From: Lama glama | Lineage: Eukaryota | Direction: 5' to 3' | Assembly (NCBI GenBank): GCA_028534125.1 | Contig: CM052816.1 | Coordinates: 83,454,001 to 83,518,000, forward strand | Length of the DNA: 64,000 nucleotides | Shown here: positions 1 to 13,759 of the stretch, in pieces | Position numbering within the stretch: position 1 is the stretch's first letter | Layout: every line of letters starts with the position of its first letter | Notes under the pieces: model-generated | What the model saw: the letters and a program-made list of their open reading frames with translations, nothing else | Told to the model about the DNA's origin: nothing | Database searches by the model: none | Program-made: the position numbers and the translations under genes

Positions 1-1394
1 AGAAAAATTTTTGACAACATTCTTTTCAGTTGTCATTCGTTGTTTTACTTTTTTTCCCTCTAAGACATTATTTTTTGTTTTGACAAAATGTTATACTTCT
101 CAAACACCTTGATTTTTATAGCTCAAGAATGATATTGTGAAACAAAAGGCTCATTTTCATAGAGGTCCAGGAGTCTCCAGGGAAGAGAATCATCAAGACT
201 CTATTTTCACTTTGGAATTTAAGGTTACTGAATGTTGTCCAATGATTTCACATGGCCCAGTTGAAATGTTTGGCAACAATAAACACCAAGGTTATCTTCA
301 ACCACACCTTCTGAAATAAGCCTCATCAGAGGAAGCAGGCATTATTATCAAATAACTCTGGCTCAAAGTAACCACCCAGAAGCCAGATGAACCAGCATGA
401 AGTCTGGGTACAGTGTAATGCTAGTAGCTGGCACCTTCCCACTGATATGATGGACAAGCTTTCTAAGTTTTGATCTTCTTTGTATTTTCAAAATAATAAG
501 CCATAACTTAAGTGTCCCAAGCAATATTTAGCATAAGGCCTCTCACCATCATTTGCTAAACCACAGTGGATTATGCTAAGGTTTCTTATGACATCGTTGT
601 TTAAAAAGTGGGAATTAAGATTTATTTTCATGTAGAAGAATTGTGAAAAGGTTAATTTTCCTCCTTTCCATAAAAAAAAGAATCAGTTCTTGGAATAACA
701 AGGACAATATTAGGGTCCTATGAAGCTTGTTTTAAATTTGACAATGTCTTAGAAAAACAGAAATGATGATGGCAGAAACTTGACCCAGGATTATTTGGAA
801 GTATGAAGAAGGACTCACACTGAGAGATTGGATTTGGTTAGAGTTTATGGCTTCACAGAAGAAAACATGGACTTCACCATAAGCTTGGTATATGGACTTT
901 TAAGTAAAGGTTTTGAATATTAAACAATTTGTTACATTATCTGCATCCCATTAGATTTATAGGTATTGGAGGAATATAAGCTTTTAGAGGACACAAGCTA
1001 CAAAATAAATATTATTAAGTCAACAAGTTAGAATATGTTGAATTAAAAGCTAACATGGACTAGAAAAAGAGAAGATTCTTCATAGATTAAATGTAGAAAC
1101 AAACAGAAGGAAATTCACTTAGGGTATTATTATCTGGTCAGAGGAAGATGCAAACTATACTTAGCTATCACTTTGGTGTGAATTTCGTTTGTTTTTTTTT
1201 TCTGTTTCTAATCACCTCACCAAGTTGTTAAAGTGGAAAGACAATAAACTGCTCCACTTTAAGAAATGCATGAAATGCTATTACACTGATGAATCCATAC
1301 CAGCCCTTTCCCCTTTTGTTTATTATTCCAGGATCCTCCCTCATTCCATTGTTCCTAACTTTTTAAAGTATTTTCTTCTTATATATACCCACAA

Positions 1395-3832
1395 ATGTCA
1401 TTAGACAGAAGATCAATGAGGCATCAGAGATCCTAAATGACACAACAGAGCAGTTGGATTTGGTGATATACATTCCTCGTAAGTGCATATGGAACATTCT
1501 CTAGGATAGGTCACATACTCAAACACAAAATAAGCCCCAACAAATTTAAGGATAGGAATTATTTTAAGCATCTTTTCTGACACAATGGCATGCAACTAGA
1601 ACTCAACCACAGAAAAACAAACAAGAAGAAAACAACTGCATGGAGACTAAACAACATGCTACCCAAAAAACAATGGTAAATGATTAAATCAAAGAAGAAA
1701 TTTAAAGAGAACCTCATATAAATGACAATGAAAACACAACCACACAAAATCTATTGGGTACGGCAAAAGCAGTCCTAAGACGGAAGTTCATAGCGATACA
1801 GGCCTTTCTCAAAAAACAAGAACAATGTCAAATAAATAATCTATACCCTACCACCTAAAAGAACTAGAAAAAGAAGAGCAAGCAAAACCTAAAGTTAGCA
1901 GAAGGAAAGAAATACTAATGATCAAGGAGAAGATTTTGTGTGGAGTCTTTAGTGTTTTCTACATATAGAATCACATCATCCTCATATAATGACAATTTTA
2001 CCTCTTCTATTCCAACTTGGATCCCTTTTATTTATTTTCCTTGTCTAATTGCTATGGCTAGGACTTCTAATACTATAATGAATAGAAGTGGTGAGAGTGG
2101 GCATCCTTGTCTTGTTCCAGATTTTAATAGAAAGTCTTTCAGCTTTTCACTATTAAGAGAATTTGACAAGGTAGCAGGATACAAGATTAACATACAGAAA
2201 TCAATGGCATTTATTTACACTAACAACAAAATATCAGAAAAGGAAAGTAAAGAAACAATCTCTTTTAAAATTGCATCCAAAAAAATAAAATACTTAGGAA
2301 TAAATCTGACCAAGGAAATGAAAGACTTACATGAGAAGAACTACAAAACATTCATTAAAGAAATTAAAGACTATTTAAAGAAATGGAAAGATATCCCATG
2401 TTCTTGCACTGGAAGAATTAAAATTGTTAAAATGGACATACTACCCAAAGCAATCTACAGATTTAATGCAATCCCTATCATATTACCCAGGACATATTTC
2501 ACAGAATTAGAACAAATAATCCTAGAATTTATATGGAATCACAAAAGACCCAGAATTGCCAAAGCACTACTAAAGAAAAAGAATGAGGCTGGAGGACTAA
2601 CCCTCCCAGACTTCAGACAATATTACAGATCTATAACAATAAAAACAGCATGGTATTGGTAGAAAAATAGACATATGAATCAATGGAACAGAATAGAGAG
2701 CCCAGAAATAAATCCGCAAACTTCTAGTCAATTAATCTCTGACAAAGGAGGCAAGAACATGTAATGGAGTAAAGACAGTCTTTTCAGCAAATGATGTTGG
2801 GAAAATTGGACAATTGCACATAAATCAAGGAAGTTAGAATACTCCCTCACACCATACACAAAAATAAACTCAAAATGGCTTAAAAATTTTAACACAAGAC
2901 AAGACACTATAAGCCTCTTGGAAGAAAACATAGGCAAAATATTATCTGACAAAAATCTCAGCAATGTTCTCCTAGGGCAGTTTACCCAAGCAATGGAAAT
3001 AAAAGAAAAAAATAAACAAATGGGACCAAATTAAACTTATAAGGTTTTGCACAGCAAAGGAAATCAGAAGCAAAACAAAATGCAACCTACAGAATGGGAG
3101 AAAATATTTGCAAAAGATGAGACTGACAAGGGCTTAATCTCCAGAATATATAAACAGCTCATACAACTTAAAAAGAAAAAAAAAAACAACCCAATCCAAA
3201 AATGAGCAGAAGACCTAAACAAGCAATTCTCCAATGAAGACATACAAATGGCCAATAGGCACATGAAAAAATGCTCAATATCGTTACTTATCAGAGAAAT
3301 GCAAATCAAAACTACAATGAGGTATCACCTCACACCAGTCAGAATGGCCATCATTCAAAAGTCCACAAATGATAAATACTGAAGAAGGTGTGGAGAAAAG
3401 GAAACCCTCCTACACTTCTGGTGGGAATGTAGTTTGGTGCAGCCATTATGGAAAACAGTAAGGAGATCCCTCAAAAAACTAAAAATAGACATACAAAATG
3501 ATCCAGCAATCCCACTCCTGGGCAAATATCTGGGAAAGAAGAAAACTCTAATTCAAAAAGATACATGCATCCCAATGTTCATAGCAGCACTATTTACAAT
3601 AGTCAAGACATAGAAGCAACCTAAATATCCATTGACAGATGAATGGATAATGATGTGCTGTGTGTGTGTGTATACATATATATATATATAATATATAATA
3701 TTATATATATAATATATATATATAAATATATATATAATTACTCACCCATAAAAAGGAATTAAATAATGCCATTTGCAGTAACATAGATGGACATAGCAAG
3801 TATTATAGTAAGTGAAACAGTCAGACAGAAAT
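1395..3832 (+). mobile_element. Rearranged LINE-1 fragment: sense ORF2 endonuclease piece (~1395-1933), inverted RT-core piece (1934-2154), sense ORF2 3' part and start of 3' UTR (2155-~3832)
   Basis: The left piece encodes GTFSRIGHIL and TAKAVLRRKFIAIQA. The reverse complement of 1934-2154 encodes [22 protein letters not shown]...[19 protein letters not shown]. From 2155 it reads [15 protein letters not shown]...LPDFRQYY...TAWYW. Stops and frameshifts are present and there is no poly(A). Confidence 0.95.
3652..3738. repeat. (TG)n/(TA)n microsatellite inside L1
   Basis: tgtgtgtgtgtatacatatatatata... seen directly. Confidence 0.9.
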
Positions 3833-3849
3833 GTTAATAAAAGGCATTA

Positions 3850-4330
3850 GGCTGTAGATATTTTAAGAAGTGGATATATTTAAGAAATCAGAATAAATCA
3901 AATTAGTAGATCTTGCTAATTGGTTGGAATGGATGGGGAAATACAGGGGGACAACTAAAAGATGATACCCAGTAAGGCTTCTGTAACGTAATTCAGGATA
4001 AGAATCCTTGAATTTCTTCTCACAGATTTATGAGAGAATATGACAAGCTAAGGTTTGAACAGTTTAAATTTGAGATACCTTGGGGACATTTGTGTGACCG
4101 TCTGAACTATTACACCATGGACTGGATTTCATAAGAGAGCTGGCTCAACTACAGGACCGGGCTTCACTACCATACAGTTATACAGCCAAGTTACCAGATG
4201 GGCTCATCCAAGGAAGCTAAGTTAGAAAAAGAGAAGATGAACTAATGCACAAAATCTCTGGGACGCAGATACATCATTGATGGGCAGAAAGTGAGGCTTA
4301 TGCTAAAAAGAAGCCATGAGAAGAGATCTT
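3850..4330 (-). mobile_element. Old LINE-2 fragment
   Basis: Degenerate antisense-L2-like text (gatcttgctaattggttggaatgg; aaatttgagataccttggggacat). Confidence 0.55.
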
Positions 4331-7329
4331 CATGGAAGGCCTGGTAGTGAGGGACTTGTAGCGTATTTGAAAAATGGAAAGAATTTCACTATGGCCAAAG
4401 ATAAAATTCAAAATTCATATCTAAAATAGAAAACTGAAATCCAAATGACTTATGGTTTCTAACCTCAGAGAAATTAATACCTTGAACACCTTGGGTTAAT
4501 GAGTTATTTTGTAGAAAGAAGAATATTAGACTGAGAAATTATTACCCATAAATCCAAGTTAGAGGAAACTAAAATGTTTCTGCTTTATTCTATTAAAAAA
4601 AAATGGCATGAGGAACTTCCTGAAAAATTGGCTGAGTAAGATATTGACATGTATTAAAATTGTGACATAAACATTTTTAACCAAAAATGTTTAACTCCAG
4701 GGAGAATTTCATTCTTTCCTATCATTATTTTGAATTTTGGTTTTTTTTTTTCATTCTGTTTAATCCAGTGGTATTGATTTTAAGACAGTTAATATAGATA
4801 TCATAGGGTATAGTTATTCTCTATTGTGTTTCATAATGACCTAAGTTATATTAAACTAAAAAAAAATTGGAGACGTGTATGTATAGTGGGTTACACATTT
4901 TTAATATGCATCATCTTTTTTTAAAACCAGGCCATTCCTTCCCAAACTCTGATTTTGGGCTTTGTTGAAAAATCCACATTTTTGGGCTTTTCTATTTTAT
5001 TTTTTTCCTTCTACTCTATCTTACACATGTAATTTATTTTATCTCTCAATAGTTTAAATGTGGTTTAACTTTTTAAATTAATGTTTCAGAATATGAAAAG
5101 CAGGAAATAAATTAAGAGAGGTCAGCTCTTAGAATTAAATGAAATTAACTCTTGGGAAAAATCATAAATCTTTCATGGTGGCTGAATACAGAGTGCTTAA
5201 CTCTGTATTAATTTGTAGACATAATTGAAAATAATGAATACTGCTTTCTCCAGACCTGGGTTTTCATTTTGAAAAAAAAAGTTAGTACTATTCCTTAATT
5301 TAAACACAGATCTTAAAATTTCTCACAGTTTTGTTTTTTTTTGGGAAAAGTTATTTTTCATGTGCTTTGTTACAGCTTTTAGGTTACATTTAGAATAAAC
5401 TATCTTGAGTAAACCAGTTCAATACGCAGTGGGCCTGAGGAAGAGATAGTGACTGGGAGGCCAAAGTCTTCAAAATTTATCATCTCTCCTTTCCCGTTCT
5501 TTGTTTACCATATGTGCTGTTTCATAATGTAATTTTTTTTTTCCTTTCTGAATTCATGTAAGCAAGAAGAAGGAGCTCAGAGATTGACTTATATTTTTTC
5601 ACTTCAAATCCCTAGTAAAAAGAAAATGTGAACATCTCAGTTTCAGTAAACTAAACACCTCTGGCCCCCTCAAATAAGCCAAGGACCAGTGACGCACAGG
5701 ACAAACCCAGCTGTTGGAGAATCTGAATATGTACCCCAGAGAGATGGTCCTTGGAGGTAGGAGAATCCTTCTGAGCCACCAAAGTTGACTAATATTCATG
5801 CAATAAAAGGATCTTCAGGTAAGGATTCTCCACCCTGCCTTCTCTGAATTGGTTCAGCCCTTAACGTTAGAAATTAAAATAACAATGCTTTCTTATAACT
5901 TGACTGATTTGTACATACTTCTGTTTCCTCCTATAATGTTCCTCTATAATTTCTTAAACCTCATTTCATCAGTTGCTTCCCTTTCATTACTTGATCGCCA
6001 TCAGTCTAAGTCTGGTGCTGGCTCTATCACAACAACTCGCTTCACCCTATTCCTATGCAGCACGTTGTGTTTCTCTTTAACATGGCGTGCAGTTCATATT
6101 GTAAATTACTGACATTTTTTTCTTTATCTACCACCCTCGGTGCTTCATAAAACAGGGCCTATTTCTTTCATTTTTCATTTTTTTGCCTCAAAAGCCTGCT
6201 AGAATAAACATTACACAGATGAATGAACACTTATTGAGTTATATTTTTACACAAAATTAAATGTGCTGTTGCATCAAAAATTCACCAACACTTAATATAA
6301 ACTATTCAAACAAAACAAAACAAAAGGGACTTGATCAAAAAGGAGCTGAAATAATTATGGTAAATATACAAATATATTGTGACTTCCTGGATTAAATTAG
6401 CTTTCATGTATTATAGATTGATTTGAAAACATTCTACAAGAGTTTTCCATCTATTCTCAAATAGTTTTTTTCATTCTTTTAAAAAATGAAAGTGTGACTA
6501 ATAAAATGTCCCTGTATATGATTTTAAGGTACAGACCAATGATTTGTTTAAAAAGGCTCTCATAAGATGCCATATATTTTTCCTTAGAATTGCTCATTAA
6601 TCAACACGACAGTACTTGTAATACATATGCAAAAATCACAGCAGAAAAATATATATACTCTAACATACTAAATCAAAATATGTAAAGGATTGAACTTCTG
6701 TAATATAATTTCAACTACAAAAAACAGGAAATTTTCTATAAAAAACATAATAACTTCTGTTGCCTTTCTCATAATTATAATTCAGAGAACCCATACCCCA
6801 AGGAAAAAAAAATTATTATTTTGGATATTATATAAAACTTAAAAACAAGTATAATATTTTTAATGTTTAAGCAAAAGTAGTTAATAGTGGTTATTCCATA
6901 AACTCTACCAACTAATGTAAAATATGATACCAAAATTCATTAATTGACATAATTGGACTATCTTTTGTGTATATTTTAATGTACACAATGTAATATTTTG
7001 TGTCTATCATCTATCTAGCTTATATATAATAGCTTGTTTCAAATAAATCCTTCAAGTCCTTGTACTTATTTATTACCTTTAAAAAAAAAAGACATACTCT
7101 TTAAGTGTAATATACTATTGATGTAGTGTTTTCTTGTTCCCCATTCATTTAGAAACAACTGACACATTGAATTGATATGGTAAAATATGTCATAAAATCT
7201 CACTTCACAATAAATGCTACTAACCAGAAAAAATTCATGTGAAAATAATGACATGGTTCTGAATTCATCTTTTAAAATATAAATAGGATAGTTTATTCAA
7301 TTGTGAAAATAAACTTTGTTGTTAGCATT

Positions 7330-7650
7330 AGCACTGACCACAAGCAGTCTGACACTTCTCCATCTGGGCACATGACAGGATGACACTTCCCCAACCACCT
7401 GAGGTCAGATATGACCACATTACTTACTCTGGCAATGACACGTAAATGTTAATAGTCTGTGACATGTTCTGCCGTCAGCTTTAAGATGGATTACATCCCT
7501 CTCCAATTTTCTCCTCCCTCTGCCAAGGCGACCATCAGTGGTTCAGACAGTGACTGCTTCATTTTTATGTGTTTCTGGTAAGGATCATGATGAACATGTA
7601 ATGAGAATGCAAACTATGTTTATCTTTATTACCTATCTTTGTTACCAAAG
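7330..7650 (+). mobile_element. Old MaLR (MLT1-type) LTR
   Basis: ctgggcacatg...cacttcccc...gaggtcagatatgaccac...ctctggcaatga...ctccctctgcca resembles the MLT1 body. Confidence 0.6.
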
Positions 7651-7954
7651 CAGAAGGAAATGTACAGCAATATTAATCATTCCATTCATTTACACTTAAA
7701 TGCATTTTTATATGGAAATAAAATATTCCTTCCAATTGCTGTAACAAAGTACTTGTGTCAGGACTAATGATAAAAGGATATATCTGTACATTTAGGAAAC
7801 AACTTTTTGTTTATATTTATAACATGAAAGATAACAGATGACTTCAGATACTGAGAACTTACAATTTGATTAAAGCTTAAAATGTACAAAAAATCATGCA
7901 CTAATTTTCAATAATTTCACACATTCATTAATTTTCAATAACCTATATTGTGTC

Positions 7955-8012
7955 AAGTACTTACAACAGGGCCTGGCACACAGTATGAGCTAAAAAGTGT
8001 TAGCTATTATTA
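7955..8012 (+). mobile_element. MIR 3' end
   Basis: gtacttacaacagggcctggcacacagtatgagctaaaaagtgttagctattattatt. Confidence 0.75.
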
Positions 8013-8890
8013 TTATTCGACAAATCCTTGTTGAGTCCAACCAACTTGAAGTCAAGTGTTCTAGGCAACAGAAATACAGCACAGAACAAATTAGAAAAAA
8101 AAAATTATTGCCCTGATAGAACTTATATTCCATTAGAATTGTACAGACAATTCAGAAAGAAATGCCTTAATTAAAATTGTTATGAAACAAAGTGAAGCAG
8201 GTGGGAGGACTGAGGAGTCTGTAGTCTAAAGAAGGCATTCAGTTTTAAGTAGTATAAAAGGGATGGCTTTACTGAAAAGGTAAAATTTGTCCAGAATCTT
8301 AGAGAGTGGTCAAGCTCTGTAGGTCTCTGAGGAAAGAGCTTTTGAGGCACATGGGCTAGTAAGAGTGAAGTCCGTTAGGTTGGAACATACTTGGTGATGC
8401 CGGAAAAACAAGGTAGCCAGCACAACTGACTTCTACTGAGCAAGAGAGAAAATAGTGGTACAAGAATCAAAGATGAAACTATGCAACTGTAGGTCAGAGC
8501 CTGGAGGGATTCCTACGTTGTTTTTAAAAAATTAAGTTTAATTCTCTACGAGACAGGAAGTCATCGGAGGGTTGAAGCAGGGGAGTGGACTGCTGTGGCT
8601 TACTTTTCGAAAAGATCACTAATTGTTTGTGCTGAGTAGAACAGAATGTGGTAAAGACCCAAGAGGAAGATGAGACTGAAGATTATTACAGTAGCCCGGA
8701 CAAGGTGGTAACTATGCAGGTGGTGAGAAGTGGTCAACTTTTGGTATATTTTGAAGACAGAATCAACAGTAATTGCTGATAGGTTAAATGTAGAACATGA
8801 AAAAAAGCAAAAGGTATCAAAGATACAGTATTCATTAGCTGAGATGGGTAACGCGATGAGACAAAAAGATTTGACAGAGAAATATCAGCT
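8013..8890 (-). mobile_element. LINE-2 3' fragment
   Basis: ttcgacaaatccttgttgag...tgttctaggc...gaagtcatcggagggttgaagcagggg...gagaagtggtcaacttttggtatattttgaag matches antisense L2. Confidence 0.8.
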
Positions 8891-9859
8891 TGTCCTACTT
8901 ATACCTTAATTACAGACGTGGTTTCACTGCCTGGATGAACAGAGCACACTGTCTCGGCTGCAATGAACATAAACTATATAAGAAACAGGAAGCTACTGTG
9001 GACAATCTTCTTCATATGACACTCCCCTGTCTCCCTAGGGTGTCACTAGCCATATCTGCTTGGTTCCACTGCTAATCACCCTATCTTTTTAAGTTGATTC
9101 ACCTCTTTCTGATATTAGATGATGCCATTTCCAAGTAAGGACCATTCTTGAAGAGTGCTTTTTTAAACTCATCTTCCACCTGGTTTTTCAACTGTAGTTT
9201 ATTTTCTCCCCCCCTAAAATAAAACAAATCAAACACTTAACATAGGTGAATAAACCTACAGATGTATTGAAAATAAATATAGCAGAATATTTCTACTAGC
9301 TTTGAATGTGGAGCATATAGCAACATATAAAGAAAAGGATAAGTAATAATTCATACAAAATTTCCTTTAAAAAATCTTTGTTACCTAAATGTTTGCTAGC
9401 TCCATAATTTCTCCAGTATAAGAACAAGTCTCTGCCCACTTCTTGGTTATTTATGGGACTCTCCAAAGGGTCAAAAGTGTGCTCCATGAAGTGCAGCCTT
9501 TATTTCATAGCTATTTATCCCTATCTACTTCCTACAACATACTGAATACATTGTTTGACCGCCACAATTCACTATGAGAATCAAATATTTAAGCTATAGT
9601 TAGAATTTCTGATTAATCTCAGATTTCTTTGCATCCCAGAGAAGTGCTGGGTTCCATGGAAAAGGTATTCACACAGCCTCAGCCACATATTTCTAATGCC
9701 CCAGAGCCATTCTACTTATGCCCAGTTTCACAAAGAATCTTTGGAACTGTTCTGTCATAATTGATTATAATTCCTCTATCTTTAGATGCTTCACATCATT
9801 CTAAGGGAAATTGTCAGTGAGAAGAATCATTTAGAGTACCCCATTACTGTTTTGTTAGG

Positions 9860-9945
9860 TTTATTTTATTGAAGCACAGTTGGTTTACAGTATTACACTA
9901 GTTTCAGGTGTACAGCACAGTGATTCAATATTGTTACAGACTATA
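9860..9945 (-). mobile_element. L1 extreme 3' end
   Basis: ttattgaagcacagttggtttacagtattacactagtttcaggtgtacagcacagtgattca. Confidence 0.75.
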
Positions 9946-10299
9946 CATCTCTCTCTCTCCCAATGCTAAATATAAACAGACAAATTAAGCTTCCTTGTTT
10001 ATTAATTAAGGGAAACATATTTGTATGTGTAAAAGGTTTGCTTTTATACTGTAAGAGACATTCATAACTAACTGGATACAATATCTTAGTGATTTGTATC
10101 AGTATTAATATATACCTATCAATCCTATTATGCTATTATTATATAAGCTGCATGCATTATCATGTTCAAAGTCACCTATTAACTAACTGAGCTGGGATTT
10201 GAACTGATAACTAATACCAAAGCATATACCCTTTACCCATAGCACACTGCCAAAAAACAAAATAAACAACAACAAAAAAATCAATCTATTAATGACGTT

Positions 10300-10720
10300 G
10301 TAGAAGCAATTCACATGCACAAAGAAGAAAATGCAAAAGTTCAATAACTACAAACAAAGGACAGTGTCCTGTAGAATTCAAATGAATAGCTATGAAGACG
10401 CTCATAAAGAATATTTGCTGATAATTAACTTGGCTAACATTAACACCAAATTTTAGCACTATTGTGAGGGAAAAAGAAGTCTCACACATTGAAGAACTGA
10501 ATGCAAAACAGTATTGAAATTTTAAGACAACTTAACAATTTTTATTAAAAGCTTTAAAATACCTTATGTTATTTGATCCAATAATTCTACAGGTCCTATT
10601 TTAGGAGTTTTATCTACGGAAATAATTGGAAAGATATCTACATGATAATGTATAAACATGCCAATAACCCATTGCAATAATATAAAAATAGGATGGATCA
10701 ATGAAATAAAATCTAGTTAT
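10300..10720 (+). mobile_element. Ancient L1M fragment
   Basis: caattcac...gaagaaaatgcaaaagttcaataa and tttgatccaataattctac...ttaggagttttatctacggaaataat resemble the L1 ORF2 end. Confidence 0.5.
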
Positions 10721-11719
10721 AGACATGATTTTTTTTAATAGGAAGTCAAAAATGCTTAGTTACGCCCAGGTGATATTATCACAAATGGGTCCCATAGGTA
10801 TAAAATATACATTTGCTTTAAATCTAAGCCATGGTAGCTCTCCACGTTGCCCAGCTTGCTGTGTATTTGAGCTTAATTCTTTTGAGTTGAGGAAATACTA
10901 TGCCTTTCTTTTTTGGCCAATAAGAAAATCCACAAATGTAAGAATTTGGGGACTCATATGTATGTACTACATATTGTAGAAATAATTTCTTACTAGGTAT
11001 TAGCTTGAAGAAGAAAATTATTCCACATTCTAAAAGAGCTTAAGAAAAATTGACTTGTTACTCATGGGGAGATCACACACTTCTTGACTATTTTTTTTTT
11101 AAACTCTGTCTTCTATAATAAATTGTTTCTAAAATAAGACAAAAAAACAATGTTAAGTACATTCCTTATTCTACTGAAATGAATTAGAGAAATATACTGA
11201 AAACTATTTTTAACAAACTTTAATTGCTTTTTCTCTTGTTTGGTGCCTGCATGGTATCTAGTGATAACTCTTTACTAAATTAGCAGTTGCATTTTTAACA
11301 CTGTCACTGACACTGCTGATTAAAACCAGAAAGAATAGCCATCACTTACTTCTGTAACTCAGAGACATTTGTCTGTGATTTTAACTTACGTTGGATTGGT
11401 GGTTTTAAATTGGTTAAATTGTTGAGGACATGCTGTTTGAGAAATCCAATATTTATAAAAAGAACAGCATTTTTTCCTGATAATGGTTTCTGAAAATATA
11501 TTGAATAACAATAAGTGGGCAAAAGATAACCTAGCAAGATAGCTAATATTATGTTTCTGAAGAATGAGAATGCATTTAAGTAAAAAGGTAACTTTTAAAG
11601 TAAATATTGCAAAATTCATAAGCTACACAGATGTTTGGGTGTGTCTATATGTCTAACAAGACCCATGTTATTTAATTAATTTTGTAGACAATGTAGGAAA
11701 AGTTTTCAGAATTCTTGTT

Positions 11720-11930
11720 CTAGTATTAAATTCACCTGGATTCAGGTACTGGCTCATCTACTATTCAGCTGATCTTGGGTAACTTAAAACATTCAAAGCC
11801 TCAGTTTTCTGATCTAAAATTTTCATATAAGGCAACCTACGTCAAATAGAGTTTCTCAGGAATAAATTAGGTAATAATTCCTACAGAGAGTTTAGCAAAC
11901 TTCATGAGAATTTGTAACACTTTGGAGCTA
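11720..11930 (+). mobile_element. MIR
   Basis: cctggattcag...gatcttgggtaac...gcctcagttttctgatctaaaa...aggaataaattaggtaataa. Confidence 0.7.
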
Positions 11931-12214
11931 TGATAATGAAGATCATCACAATGATGATCATGAAGATACTGGAAGAGGAACAAGAAATAGCAGGGATGTT
12001 CACAGGTATAAGATTTCTAACCTGCCTTGAAAAGTAAATACAAAGATCCTAGAAAAAGTCCTTTGAAAACAAATTTCCTCCACTAGACATATTTTATTAA
12101 CATATTTTTAAACACTTATAACTTGTTATGTGCAAAAATATTATGTAATAATTGGTGGAATAGGAACAAAAGAAGATAATTTTTTTCAAGGAAATTTCAA
12201 AGGAGTACATATAA

Positions 12215-12442
12215 AATTATTTAAAAATAGCTTTACTGAGATAAAATTCATGTACCATAAAGTCTATCTTTTTAAAGTGAGCAATGTAGTATTTTCTAGT
12301 ATATTCATTGGGTTATACATCCATTACCATTGCCTAATTTTAAGATATTTTGCTTACCACAAAAAGAATGAGTATGAGGCAGAGAGATAGTGCATGCTTA
12401 GCATGCTTGAGGTCCTGGGTTCAATCCCCAGTACCTTCTCTA

Positions 12443-12493
<51 letters not shown>

Positions 12494-13000
12494 ACCTAAT
12501 TACCTATCCCCACCATAAATAAATAAATTAATTAATTAATTTAAAAAAATTGGGTATGACCTATTATAAGGTCGCTATAAGTTGACTCCCAGTATCTCCC
12601 TCCTGGTTCTCAAGCCCCTGAAAAATATTGACCTGCTTCCTGTCTCTACAGATTTGTCTATTCTGGACATTTCACATAAATGGTATTATACAATGAGTGA
12701 CATCTTGTGTCTGGCTGCTTTCACTCAGCACAATGTGTTTAAGTTTCATCCTTATTGTAGCATGTATCAATACTATATTTCCTTTTATGGCTGAGTAATA
12801 TCCCACTATAGCTAGCTATACCACATATTGTTCATCCATTCATTAGCTGATGGTCATTTGCATTGTATCCATTATTTGGCTATTATGAATAATGCTTCAA
12901 TAAACATTTGTGCCCATGTCCTTCTGTGGACATGTATTTTCATTTCTCTTGGGTGTATACCTAGGAGTGGAATTGCTTGTTTATACAGCAATTCTACATT
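12215..13000 (-). mobile_element. L1MB-like 3' UTR fragment interrupted by a SINE
   Basis: aaatagctttactgagataaaattcatgtaccataaag...tgtctctacagatttgtctattctggacatttcacataaatgg...gggtgtatacctaggagtggaattgc. Confidence 0.85.
12378..12542 (+). mobile_element. Camelid tRNA-derived SINE (Vic-1 type), 5'-altered, with (TAAA)n expansion
   Basis: gtgcatgcttagcatgcttgaggtcctgggttcaatccccagtacc...taaacctaattacc; degenerate TSD aaaaagaatgagtatga (12361-12377) / aaaaaaattgggtatga (12543-12559). Confidence 0.9.
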
Positions 13001-13759
13001 GTATGACATTCTACTAATTCTAATTCAAATATCTAACCGTACATCTACTAATATTCTTTGAATTAAATGACTTAGCTGATAAATAAATAAAAATATTGAT
13101 AGCCTGTAATATCAACAGTAACAGGAATCAAAACTAATACTACGAATGGGGAAAGATGTGTCCTTGAGGAGCCTGAAGTCCTGTGTGTTGTAGGACAGAT
13201 GGTGAACAGAAATGGCCCTTCAATGAAATAGCTCTTCTCTCCATAAAGCAAAAATAGTTCCTGTGTTAAACAATACCTTTGGATCTCTAAAAAAAAGCAT
13301 ACTAATTTAGAGGATTTTTCCTTAGAATGCAGAGGAGAAATGGATATATACATTTATGATTCCTATAAAATTAAAAGTTATCATTGCTTTACAATTTGTA
13401 ATAGTTTAGTCATAAAACCCAAACAATGCAAAAGAAGTACAGAATTTCATAACATATATTGGAGAAACATAGTTAGAGATGCTTTGGAATACCAAACCTC
13501 CCATTTTTATATGGCATCAAATTCAAGAATATTCTACATGTAGTCTATTCCTTTTTTTTTTCTTCCCCCTGTGGTGATGATTATCTGTTCCCATATACTT
13601 CCTGACTCAGCAGTCTTCATCACACAATTCTGAAGGATACTTAATGATTTTCTTACTGGCTGGTCAGTTAAACCTTTTTGTAACCTTAGATGTGGAGTGC
13701 TGATGGATATTGCCAGACTTGATAGCTCTGGGCACAGTATCATCTCTGGTCCATATGGA

